37,013 nucleotides of DNA from assembly GCA_964354895.1 (NCBI GenBank), contig CAYHCR010000001.1, positions 1 through 37,013 of the forward strand, given 5' to 3'. The DNA comes from an uncultured Myxococcales bacterium (GTDB taxonomy: Bacteria > Myxococcota > Myxococcia > Myxococcales > Vulgatibacteraceae). Under the pieces are notes generated by a model, which saw only the letters and a program-made list of their open reading frames with translations, did no database searches and was not told the origin of the DNA. Shown piece after piece: positions 12,499 through 20,700 of the stretch (positions within the stretch are counted from its first letter, which is position 1; every line of letters begins with the position of its first letter). Both the position numbers and the translations under genes were made by a program.

Positions 12499-12638
12499 CT
12501 GCGACTCCTGAGTACGGCACTTCGGTGCCTGAATTCCGGGTCTAGGTAGCCGAGAAGCGGTACGAACGCAACGATGGGTACGATCAGAGAATCCCGATCC
12601 GGGGCGCGCGGCTCTATCCGGACAAAGGAGAAGGACCC

Positions 12639-13040
12639 ATGGACATGACGATCTCGTTCCCCGGCGGCAAGCGGGTCGATGCGGACTACGAGGGCTTCAA
12701 GGTCTCGACCGACCAGTCCAAGGCGGGCGGAGGGGAGGCGAGCGCGCCGGAGCCCTTCTCGCTGTTCCTGGCCTCGATCGGCACCTGCGCCGGCATCTAC
12801 GTGCTGTCGTTCTGCCAGAACCGCGGGATCCCGACCGACGGCATCACGATCGTGCAGTCGCATGAGAAGGATCCGGAGACCAAGAGGCTCACGAAGCTCA
12901 CGATCGACATCCGCGTGCCCGCGAGCTTCCCGGAGAAGTACCTCGGCGCCGTGCGGGCCGCGGCGGACGGCTGCAAGGTCAAGAAGACCATCGCCGCGCC
13001 GCCGGAGTTCGTGATCGAGTCGCACGTCACGGCCGGCTGA
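12639..13040 (+). CDS. OsmC-family peroxiredoxin-like protein (133 aa)
   Basis: AAGGAGAAGG upstream of the ATG. Typical OsmC/Ohr-fold size, with two conserved Cys contexts (SIGTCAGIY and ADGCKVKK). Confidence 0.8.
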   Translation: MDMTISFPGGKRVDADYEGFKVSTDQSKAGGGEASAPEPFSLFLASIGTCAGIYVLSFCQNRGIPTDGITIVQSHEKDPETKRLTKLTIDIRVPASFPEKYLGAVRAAADGCKVKKTIAAPPEFVIESHVTAG

Positions 13041-13066
13041 TCGACGCTACGCCCGAACATGCAGAC

Positions 13067-13104
13067 GGCCGGACCGGAGGCGCACGCAGCGCTCCGATCC
13101 GGCC
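13067..13104. terminator. Candidate bidirectional stem-loop between the convergent OsmC and vWA genes
   Basis: GGCCGGACCGGAG ... CTCCGATCCGGCC forms a 13-bp stem with one mismatch and a 12-nt loop. It is followed by GATTTCG on the + strand. Confidence 0.4.
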
Positions 13105-13125
13105 GATTTCGTCGGGCCCCTGCGA

Positions 13126-14292
13126 TCAGTACGAGATGCCGTACTCCTTCGCCCGGCTCTTGACGTCCTTCATGACGTTCGCGTCGAAGGAGTCGGCCTT
13201 CTCGGCGACGTTCTTGCTCTTCCACTCCTCACGCTTCTTCGCGACCTCGACCGCCTTGGCCTCGAGCTTCTTGCGCTCGCCGGCCAGCTTCTCGACGTGG
13301 GCGACGCGGGCGTCCCCGTCCATCCCGGCGAGCGCGCCGTCGAGCTGATCCGCCGCGAAGTTGCGGACCTCCGAGGGCTTCGCGAGCAGGTCCACCGCGC
13401 CGGTCGTGGGCGCCGGGGCCGCCGCCGCCGGCATGCCGCCTGCGCCGGACTTGCTGAGGAACCCGAGCCGGTCCGCCGCCGCTTCCGGCGCCATCTCGGC
13501 GAAGTCCCGCGCCTTGCGGGCCGAGGCCGCGCGGGCCTCGCCCTTGCCGGCGAAGATCGTCTTGCTGGCGATCTCGGAGTTGATCTTCGAGAGCTCGTCG
13601 TCGAAGGGCGTCGCGACCGCGACCATGCCGCCCGCCTGGCCGATGGAGACGAAGGAGCCGTCGGCGAGCTTCGCGAGGGAGGCGAACTGCGTCGCCGTGT
13701 CGGGCGCCTCACCGCAGCGCACCGTGTTCACCACGATGCCCTTCTGGATGGCCGCCTTCGCCCACGTCTTCGCCGAGTAGCCGTCGTCGTACTCCTGCGC
13801 GGGCGCGTCGCCGACCAGGAAGATCATCTTCATCGTCTTCTTGTCGGCCGACCACTGCATGCCCTGCACCGCGTCCGCGAGCCCCTTGCCGACGTGCTCC
13901 GGCCAGTCGCCGCCGCCGCCCGCGGAGAAGGTCTTCAGGTTCGCGTAGACGGTGTCGAGGTCCTCGGTCAGGTCGAACTTCTTCGTGACGTACTCGTCGC
14001 CGCGATCGCGGTAGCCGACGAGCCCGACGCGGATCTTCGGGGTGGGCTTGCCCTCCGCCATCTTGGAGGCGATCGACCAGATCTTCTGCTTGGCGCCCTC
14101 GAGCAGTCCGCCCATCGAGCCGGTCGTGTCGAGCACGAAGACGACGTCGATCTGCGGGCGATCCTGCGGGCCGCGCGCCTGCGCTCCGGCCGGTTCGGCC
14201 TCGTCACGGGCGAGGGCGGGCGCTGCGAAGAGCGCCGCGATCGTCGCGACGGCGAGGACGAGGAGCGTGCGGGACTTGGGGCTCGGGTTCAT
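13126..14292 (-). CDS. Secreted von Willebrand factor type A (vWA) domain protein (388 aa)
   Basis: ATG at 14292 with GGAGAG upstream. Signal peptide MNPSPKSRTLLVLAVATIAALFAAPALA. MIDAS-like VFVLDTTGSMGG. Lys/Glu-rich helical C-terminus. The track ORF was trimmed from 14622. Confidence 0.8.
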   Translation of the reverse strand: MNPSPKSRTLLVLAVATIAALFAAPALARDEAEPAGAQARGPQDRPQIDVVFVLDTTGSMGGLLEGAKQKIWSIASKMAEGKPTPKIRVGLVGYRDRGDEYVTKKFDLTEDLDTVYANLKTFSAGGGGDWPEHVGKGLADAVQGMQWSADKKTMKMIFLVGDAPAQEYDDGYSAKTWAKAAIQKGIVVNTVRCGEAPDTATQFASLAKLADGSFVSIGQAGGMVAVATPFDDELSKINSEIASKTIFAGKGEARAASARKARDFAEMAPEAAADRLGFLSKSGAGGMPAAAAPAPTTGAVDLLAKPSEVRNFAADQLDGALAGMDGDARVAHVEKLAGERKKLEAKAVEVAKKREEWKSKNVAEKADSFDANVMKDVKSRAKEYGISY

Positions 14293-14453
14293 CGGGGGTC
14301 TCTCCTGGCGGTGGATGGCGGCGGTGCCGCGATGGGGAGATTCCACGCGCGGCGTCACGGAACGATCTGCGCGCTCGAAAATCGGCCCGATTCCGGGGGC
14401 TTGCGGAGGTGGGCGCGCTTGCGGGCCGAAGACGGCGCCGCTACAGGAGCACG

Positions 14454-15224
14454 ATGACGCTCGCGTACACGTCGATCGGCGAGGGCGAACGCCCGACCGC
14501 GCTGCTGCACGGGTTCCTCGGCTCCGGTCGCAACCTCTCGGCGCTCGCGCGCGCATTCTCCGCCCGAGCGCCCACCCGCCGGTTCCTGCTGTTTGATCTG
14601 CCGGGCCACGGCGCCTCGGCAAAGCTGCCCGACGGGGCCACGCTCGACACGCTGGCGGCGCTGCTGCTCGACAGTCTTGACGCGCTCGCCCTGCCCTCGC
14701 CCGTCGACGTGATCGGCCACTCGCTCGGCGGCCGCGTCGCGCTCGCGGCCCGGGCGCTGGCCCCCGAGCGGCTCGGCGCGGTGACCCTGCTCGACATCGG
14801 CCCCTCCCCGATCACGCTGCCGGGCGGCAGCCACCTCGCGCTCCAGCGCCTGCTCGCGGCGCCGGATCGAGCGCCGAGCCGAGAGGCGTTCCGGGCGGCG
14901 CTCGCGGGGCCGGGGCTGTCGGCAGGACTGGTCGATTGGCTGCTGATGAACGTGGTGCGCGAGGGCGACAGCTTTGTCTGGCGGATCGACCGCGCGGCCC
15001 TCGACGCGCTGCACCCGCGCGTGAACGCCGCCGATCTCTGGGCCGCGATCCGCGCACCTGGAAACGCGCTGCGCTGTATCCGCGGCGAACACGGCGGCTA
15101 CGTGAGCGACGAGGACCTCGCCGCGATGCAGGCGCTCGGCGTGTCGGTCGCGACGCTCGAGGGCGCCGGCCACTTTCTCCACGTCGACGCGCCCGACGCG
15201 CTGCTCGAGGCGCTGCTCCAATAG
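14454..15224 (+). CDS. Alpha/beta-fold hydrolase (esterase-like, 256 aa)
   Basis: ATG at 14454 with AGGAG upstream. HGFLGSG oxyanion region, nucleophile elbow GHSLGG, and C-terminal GAGHFLHVD (catalytic His). Confidence 0.8.
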   Translation: MTLAYTSIGEGERPTALLHGFLGSGRNLSALARAFSARAPTRRFLLFDLPGHGASAKLPDGATLDTLAALLLDSLDALALPSPVDVIGHSLGGRVALAARALAPERLGAVTLLDIGPSPITLPGGSHLALQRLLAAPDRAPSREAFRAALAGPGLSAGLVDWLLMNVVREGDSFVWRIDRAALDALHPRVNAADLWAAIRAPGNALRCIRGEHGGYVSDEDLAAMQALGVSVATLEGAGHFLHVDAPDALLEALLQ

Positions 15225-15277
15225 CCCCTCGACGAGCCCTCGCGCGCCGTGTCACCCTTGGAGGTCGGAGGGTACAC

Positions 15278-17527
15278 ATGAAGAAGAGTCTGGTGCTGGC
15301 GCTCACGCTCGTGGGCGTCCTGGGGTTCTCGTCGGCTTGTGATGACGGCGACGGTGGCGATGAAGGCGGCGGCGCGGGCAACGGTGCCGGCGGCAACGCC
15401 ACGGGCGGCTCCGGCGGCAACGCCACGGGCGGCTCCGGCGGCTCCGGCGGCAACGCCACGGGCGGCTCCGGCGGCAACGCCACGGGCGGCTCCGGCGGCT
15501 CCGGCGGCAACGCCACGGGCGGCTCCGGCGGCAACGCGACCGCGGAGATCTGCGACAACACGGCGGATGATGACGGCGACGGCGACGTCGACTGCCTCGA
15601 CGGCGACTGCTTCGCGCACCCGTCGTGCCCCGGCACGGCCGAGGACTGCGGCAACGGCACGGACGACGACGCCGACGGCGCGATCGACTGTGACGACGCG
15701 GACTGCATCGCCGATCCGGGCTGCGCGGGTCCCGTGGAGATCTGCGACAACGCGGACGACGACGACGGCGACGGCGACGCCGACTGCGCCGACACCGACT
15801 GCTTTGCAGATCCGTTCTGCGGCGGCGGCGGCGAGATCTGCGACAACACGATCGACGACGACGGCGACCTCGCGATCGACTGCGACGACGGTGAGTGCGC
15901 GTTCGACCCGGCGTGCCAGATCCCTGAGATCTGCGACAACGGGATCGACGACAACGGCGACGCGAACATCGACTGCGAGGACGCCGGCTGCGCGCAGGAT
16001 CCCGCCTGCCCGCCCGCCGCCTGCCCGTTCGGCACGCTCGCGCTCGGCACGCCCGTGACGGGCACCACGTCGGGCGGCAGCGGCCTCACCGGCGACTGCG
16101 GCGGCGACGGCGCGCCGGAGAACGGCTTCGAGTTCGTCGCGCCCGCAGCGGGCGACTACGTCTTCCACACCGACGGCTCGACCTTCGACACGATCCTCTA
16201 CGTGCTCGACGGCGCCTGCGCCGGCGCGACGCTCGATTGCTCGGACGACGCGCCCGGGATCCGCCCGGCCTCCCTCGTCACGGTGACCCTGACGATGGGC
16301 CAGTCGGTCACCGTCGTGGTCGACGGCTTCGGCGCCTCCCGCGGCGACTACGTGCTGACCGCCACGCAGGCGGTGCCCGAGGTCTGCGACAACAGCCTCG
16401 ACGACGACTTCGACGGCGACCCCGACTGCTTCGACTCGGACTGCGCGGGCGATCCCTCGTGCCCCGCTCACGAGACGGGCCTCTGCGCCGACGGCCTCGA
16501 CAACGACGCCGACTTCGACGCCGATTGCTTCGACTTCGACTGCCAGGGCGACCCGGCCTGCCCGGCGGATGAGGCCGGCCTCTGCGCCGACGGCCTCGAC
16601 AACGACTCCGACTTCGCGACCGACTGCGACGACCGGGACTGCCTCGGCGATCCGGCCTGCCCGAGCGAGTTCGGCCAGTGCACGGACGGCCTCGACAACG
16701 ACGCCGACGCCGACATCGATTGCTTCGACTTCGACTGCTCGACGGATCCGGCCTGCACGGAGACCGGCGCGCAGTGCAGCGACGGCCTCGACAACGACGG
16801 CGACTTCGACGTCGATTGTGACGACTTCGACTGCTTCGGCGACGCGGCCTGCACGGAGACCGGCGCGGAGTGCGGCGATGGCCTCGACAACGACGGCGAC
16901 TTCTCCACCGACTGCGAGGACTTCGACTGCCGCAATGAGATCGCGTGCATGGAAGATCCGGCGACGCAGTGCGCCGACGGCCTCGACAACGACGGCGACT
17001 TCGCCACCGACTGCGAGGACTCGGACTGCGCGACGGCCGTGACTTGCTCGGAGTCTGCGGCGCAGTGCGGCGACGGCCTCGACAACGACAACGACGGCGC
17101 GATCGACTGCCTCGACTTCCGCGACTGCGGCGCGACGCCTGCCTGCGCGGGCTTCGTCTGCTTCGACGTGGACGCGGGCGACACGGTGCCGCAGACCCTC
17201 CTCGGCGGGACGGCCAACTCGGGCAACGACTACCGGGACCTCTCCTGCGGTTCGGGCGGCGTGGACGCGAACGATCTCTCGTACGAGTTCACCGCGCTGC
17301 TCGCCGGGGACTACACCTTCTCGACGGCGACCGCGCCCGTGGACACGATCCTCGAGGTCCGAGACGCGACCTGCGGTGGGAGCGTGCTCGGCTGCAACGA
17401 CGACGCGGTCGGCACGACCTCGAGCGTCACGCTGCCGCTCACGGCCGGCCAGACCGTCATCGTGATCGTCGACGGCTACGACGCCTCCGACGTGGGGCTC
17501 ATCCCGCTCGCGATCACCAGCCCGTAG
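15278..17527 (+). CDS. Lipoprotein: Gly/Asn/Ser linker with NAT repeats, 5 + 8 Asp-rich four-Cys repeats, two PPC (pre-peptidase C-terminal)-like beta-sandwich domains (749 aa)
   Basis: GGAGG lies 6 nt upstream of the ATG at 15278. Signal MKKSLVLALTLVGVLGFSSAC. 13 repeats follow the pattern C-x-D-[GN]-x-D-[DN]-D-x-D-x3-D-C-x-D-x-[DE]-C-x2-D-P-x-C. Two ~110-aa segments show the PPC-like pattern (...GDYVFHTDGSTFDTILYVLDG...VVVDGFG...GDYVLTA). Confidence 0.85.
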   Translation: MKKSLVLALTLVGVLGFSSACDDGDGGDEGGGAGNGAGGNATGGSGGNATGGSGGSGGNATGGSGGNATGGSGGSGGNATGGSGGNATAEICDNTADDDGDGDVDCLDGDCFAHPSCPGTAEDCGNGTDDDADGAIDCDDADCIADPGCAGPVEICDNADDDDGDGDADCADTDCFADPFCGGGGEICDNTIDDDGDLAIDCDDGECAFDPACQIPEICDNGIDDNGDANIDCEDAGCAQDPACPPAACPFGTLALGTPVTGTTSGGSGLTGDCGGDGAPENGFEFVAPAAGDYVFHTDGSTFDTILYVLDGACAGATLDCSDDAPGIRPASLVTVTLTMGQSVTVVVDGFGASRGDYVLTATQAVPEVCDNSLDDDFDGDPDCFDSDCAGDPSCPAHETGLCADGLDNDADFDADCFDFDCQGDPACPADEAGLCADGLDNDSDFATDCDDRDCLGDPACPSEFGQCTDGLDNDADADIDCFDFDCSTDPACTETGAQCSDGLDNDGDFDVDCDDFDCFGDAACTETGAECGDGLDNDGDFSTDCEDFDCRNEIACMEDPATQCADGLDNDGDFATDCEDSDCATAVTCSESAAQCGDGLDNDNDGAIDCLDFRDCGATPACAGFVCFDVDAGDTVPQTLLGGTANSGNDYRDLSCGSGGVDANDLSYEFTALLAGDYTFSTATAPVDTILEVRDATCGGSVLGCNDDAVGTTSSVTLPLTAGQTVIVIVDGYDASDVGLIPLAITSP
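15389..15541 (+). repeat. Perfect tandem DNA repeat (24-bp unit ggcggcaacgccacgggcggctcc, organised as 57-bp higher-order units) encoding (GGNATGGS)n
   Basis: Identical 24-bp units at 15389, 15413, 15446, 15470 and 15503, with a partial unit at 15527. A 9-bp ggcggctcc insert follows every second unit. Six N-A-T tripeptides result. Confidence 0.85.
15545..16009 (+). repeat. Array 1 of Asp-rich four-Cys repeats (5 copies, ~31 aa each)
   Basis: EICDNTADDDGDGDVDCLDGDCFAHPSC / EDCGNGTDDDADGAIDCDDADCIADPGC / EICDNADDDDGDGDADCADTDCFADPFC / EICDNTIDDDGDLAIDCDDGECAFDPAC / EICDNGIDDNGDANIDCEDAGCAQDPAC. Confidence 0.85.
16379..17146 (+). repeat. Array 2 of Asp-rich four-Cys repeats (8 copies, ~32-33 aa each)
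   Basis: Repeats have the form [LQE]C-x-DGLDND-x-DF-x-x-DC-x-D-x-DC-x-x-D-x-AC. Long stretches are near-identical at the DNA level (for example tgcgccgacggcctcgacaacgac at about 16486, 16573 and 16971). Confidence 0.85.
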
Positions 17528-17555
17528 TTCGGACCGGCCAGCGCATCGGCCTCTC

Positions 17556-17590
17556 GACGGCCCGTCTCCGCACCGCGGGGGCGGGCCGTC
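17556..17590 (+). terminator. Candidate stem-loop terminator after the repeat lipoprotein gene
   Basis: GACGGCCCG ... CGGGCCGTC forms a perfect 9-bp stem with an inner CCGC/GCGG pairing. It sits 29 nt after the stop. There is no clear U-tract, which is common in high-GC genomes. Confidence 0.35.
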
Positions 17591-17709
17591 GTCGTTGGAG
17601 CGACCGCGGCCTTCGTCGGCCCGCCGACCGATCCCTTCCTCGTCACAACGGCCGATGATCGTTGACGTTTCACGGCCCCGCTGCTACTGCCGCGCCCGTG
17701 CAGCCGGGC

Positions 17710-20700
17710 ATGAAGATCGTCCACAGGGCGCAGCCGACCTGGGGCGTCGGCGAGGTCCTCGGACTCCGCGAGCAGGGACGGTTCCTCGAGGTCCGCTTCA
17801 GCGGTCGAGGTCGAGATCCGATCCTCGTCTCCGCCAAGGACCCCGCGCTCGCGCGCCACCGCTTCCAGCCCGGCGACGAGGTCTCCCTCGCGCTCGGTGG
17901 CTCAGGGGTCGTCCGCGAGGCGCTCCCCACGACGGGCCCCGCGCTCTTCCAGTACCAGGTCGAGCTGCAGGGCCAGGTGCAGGCAGAGCTGCGGACCTGC
18001 TCGGAGCTGGAGCTCGTCCCGAAGCCGCCGAAGGCCGGCGCGCTCGAGCTGCTCTCCCGCGGCCGCGGCGGGGAGCCCTCCGCGTTCGCGCTGCGCCAGC
18101 AGGCCGTGCGGCTCGATCTGGAGCGACGCGCCGACGCGCTCGGCGCCCTCTTCGGCAGCCGCGTGATGCCCAAGCCCCACCAGCTCTCGGTCGTGCACCG
18201 CGTGCTGGCCGCGCGGCAGCCGCGCTTCGTGCTCGCCGATGAGGTCGGCCTCGGCAAGACGATCGAGGCCGGCATGGTCTACGCCGCGCTCCGGCAGGCG
18301 GGCCTCGCGCGCCGCGTGCTCGTCGTCGCGCCGAGCCACCTGACCGTGCAGTGGCTCGGGGAGCTCTTCCACAAGTTCCACTCGCTCTTCACGCTCGTGG
18401 ACGAGGAGCGCGTCCGCAAAGAGGAGGACGGCGACGATCCGCGGCCGATCTGGTGGCGGCACGATCGCATCGTGACGTCGCTCGAGCTGCTCGCCGGGAG
18501 CGAAGAGCACCAGGAGGCGATCGCCGCAGAGGAGGCCGAGTGGGATCTGGTGATCTTCGACGAGGCGCACCACCTGGCCCACGACGACAGCTATGCAGCT
18601 GCAGAGGCGCTCGCCGACAACACCCACGGCCTGCTGCTCCTGACCGCGACGCCGCTGCAGCTCGATCCGGTGGAGCACTTCAAGCTTCAGCTGCTGGTGG
18701 ATCCCGCGGCGCCGGAGAGCTTCGAGGCCTTCGAGCAGCGGCTCGAGCGGCAGGGCGAGATCTCCGACGCCACGCGCCGCCTGCTCTCCGCGACCTCCGG
18801 CGAGACGGCCGCCGCGGCCGCCGCCGACATCCTCGCGTTGCTCCCGCGGGACCCGAAGCTCGTCGACGCGGCCGCCCGCATCGCGGCGCCGGGGGACGAC
18901 GGCCGACGTGCGCGCGAGGCCTTCGTCGGCCACCTCGCCGAGACCTACTCGATCTCCTCGCGCCTCATCCGCAACCGGCGCGCGATCGTCGGCGGCCTCT
19001 CCGCGCGCAAGCTCGTCCGCCACGACGTGACCCCCGCGCCCGAGGAGCTCGCGCTCGTCCAGCGCGTCCGCGAGGCGGTCGTCGAGGGCACGCTCAAGGC
19101 GACGCCCTTCGCGCTCGTGCAGCTCTACCGCCGCCTCGGCTCTTCGCCCCGCGCCGCCGCGGCCGCGCTCGTGAGCGCAAAGCTGCCCGAGCTCGCCGCG
19201 GTCGCGCGCCAGCTCGAGAGCGCGCCGCTGGATCGCAAGACCGCCGCGCTGCTGGAGCTGGTGGCGAAGGTCCGCGCCGCGGAGCCTGGCGCAAAGCTGC
19301 TCGTGTTCTCCGAGACCAGGGAGAGCCTCGAGTACCTGCGCGAGCGGCTCGGGCGCGCGGGCGTCGCGGCGGGCCTGTACCACGGCGATCTCACGCAGCT
19401 GGATCGCGACCGCGCGGTGGCGCGCTTTCGAGATCCCGACGGGCCGGAGGTGCTGCTCTCCACCGAGGTCGGCGGCGAGGGGCGCAACTTCCAGTTCTGC
19501 CACCACCTCGTGCACTACGATCTTGCCTGGAGCCCCGCGGCGATCGAGCAGCGCATCGGCCGCATCGATCGCATCGGCCAGCGCCACGAGGTGATGGTCC
19601 ATGCCTTCCGCGTCGCCGGCACGATGGGCGCGCACGTCTACGACCTCTTCGCCGACGCGGTGCGCGTCTTCGAGGAGACGGTCGGCGGGCTCGATCCGGT
19701 GCTGGAGATCGTGGAGAACGATCTGGGGCGGCTGGCGCTGCAGGGAGATCCGGCGGCGTTCGCGCGCTACGGCAACCTGCTCGCCACGCGCGTCGCGGAG
19801 GCGCGGGAGGAGATCAAGCGCGCGTACGATCCGCTGCTGGATCTGCGCTCCTTCGACGGCCCGGCGGTGGCAAAGCTGCTCGATCGGGCGTGCGCGCGGC
19901 TCGAGCTCGAGACCAGCGAGGACGACTCGCTCGAGGTGCGCCTCGACGGCATCGCCCGCGAGCTCGACGAGCGGCTCGAGGAGACGGTGATCGCGCTCGC
20001 GCGCCGCGTCGGGATCCAGGTCGACACCGACGAGCAGGTCGACGCGTTCCAGTGCCTCTTCAAGGTCGGCGGCGAGACCGAGGCGGACGCGCTGCCGGGC
20101 CTCGCGCTCGACGACGGCGAGCGCCAGTGGCTCGGATCTTTCTGGCGCGACACGGCGGTCGTGCAGGAGGAGCACGACTACTTCGCGACCGGACACCCGC
20201 TCGTAGAGGCGCTCTTCGGCCACTGCCGCGACGGCGAGCTCGGCCGTGCCACGTGGATCGAGACCGAGCTGCTCAAGAGCGCGTCGCTCGGCTTCGCCTT
20301 CCACTTCCTGGTGGGGATGCCGGAGGCGGAGGACCTCGCCGCCGGCGCGAAGATCCCCTCGCGACAGGCCGCGCGCCAGCTGGCGTTTCATCGGATCGAC
20401 GTCGGCGTCGAGTGGACGCGCGGCTCGGTGCGACCGCACGTGCGCGATGAATTGCTGCAGGCGCTCCAGGACGAGCAGCCCGAGCCGGCGCGCGCGCCGG
20501 GCGCTGGATCTGCAGAGCTGGCAGCGGCGGTCGAGGCGGCGTGGGGGCTCGCGAGGGCCGAGGCGCATCGCCGCCTCGCGCGGGAGCTCGCCGCGGCCGA
20601 TCAGCGCATGATCGCGGAGCGCGACACCGCCGTAGAGCGGCTGGCGCTCGCCTCCGAGCGCGCCGAGCCCGACGAGCGACGGCTGCTCGCGCTCGAGGCG

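Noticed and set aside
12335-12520. 62-aa N-terminal extension of the rhodanese ORF (MPYSGVADGREAQQPYEAF...)
   Set aside because: The alignment logic to SseA starts at the GTG at 12334, which has its own GGAGG SD. The region is better explained by the 42-aa basic ORF in another frame, which has a strong SD.
10015-12549. 844-aa plus-strand ORF and the 9288..10523 minus ORF
   Set aside because: Arg-rich shadow frames across the RIO kinase, rhodanese and small-ORF genes. The 10015 frame has high GC3 in the kinase-tail region only because it is codon-in-phase antisense to a P/G/R/A-rich tract.
12521-12638. Lower-GC intergenic region with GGTACGA direct repeats (12559 and 12577), examined for a tRNA, sRNA or clear promoters
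   Set aside because: No cloverleaf or T-loop (GGTTCGA-type) features. The candidate -35/-10 pairs (TTGCGT-17-TACCTA on the minus strand) are too weak to call. It is most simply a divergent promoter region for the small-ORF operon and osmC.
14380-14392. 13-bp palindrome AATCGG-C-CCGATT in the divergent vWA / hydrolase promoter region, and CCTCCG-G-CGGAGG at 9558-9570
   Set aside because: Short single palindromes with no second copy or known motif match. They could be operators, but the sequence alone gives insufficient support.
14812-17226. Minus-strand ORFs 14812..16089, 15098..16471 and 16468..17226, and plus-strand off-frame ORFs 15339..16058 and 16569..17042
   Set aside because: Ser/Pro/Ala/Thr/Arg-rich periodic sequences that simply mirror the GAC/TGC-rich repeat array of the real lipoprotein gene.
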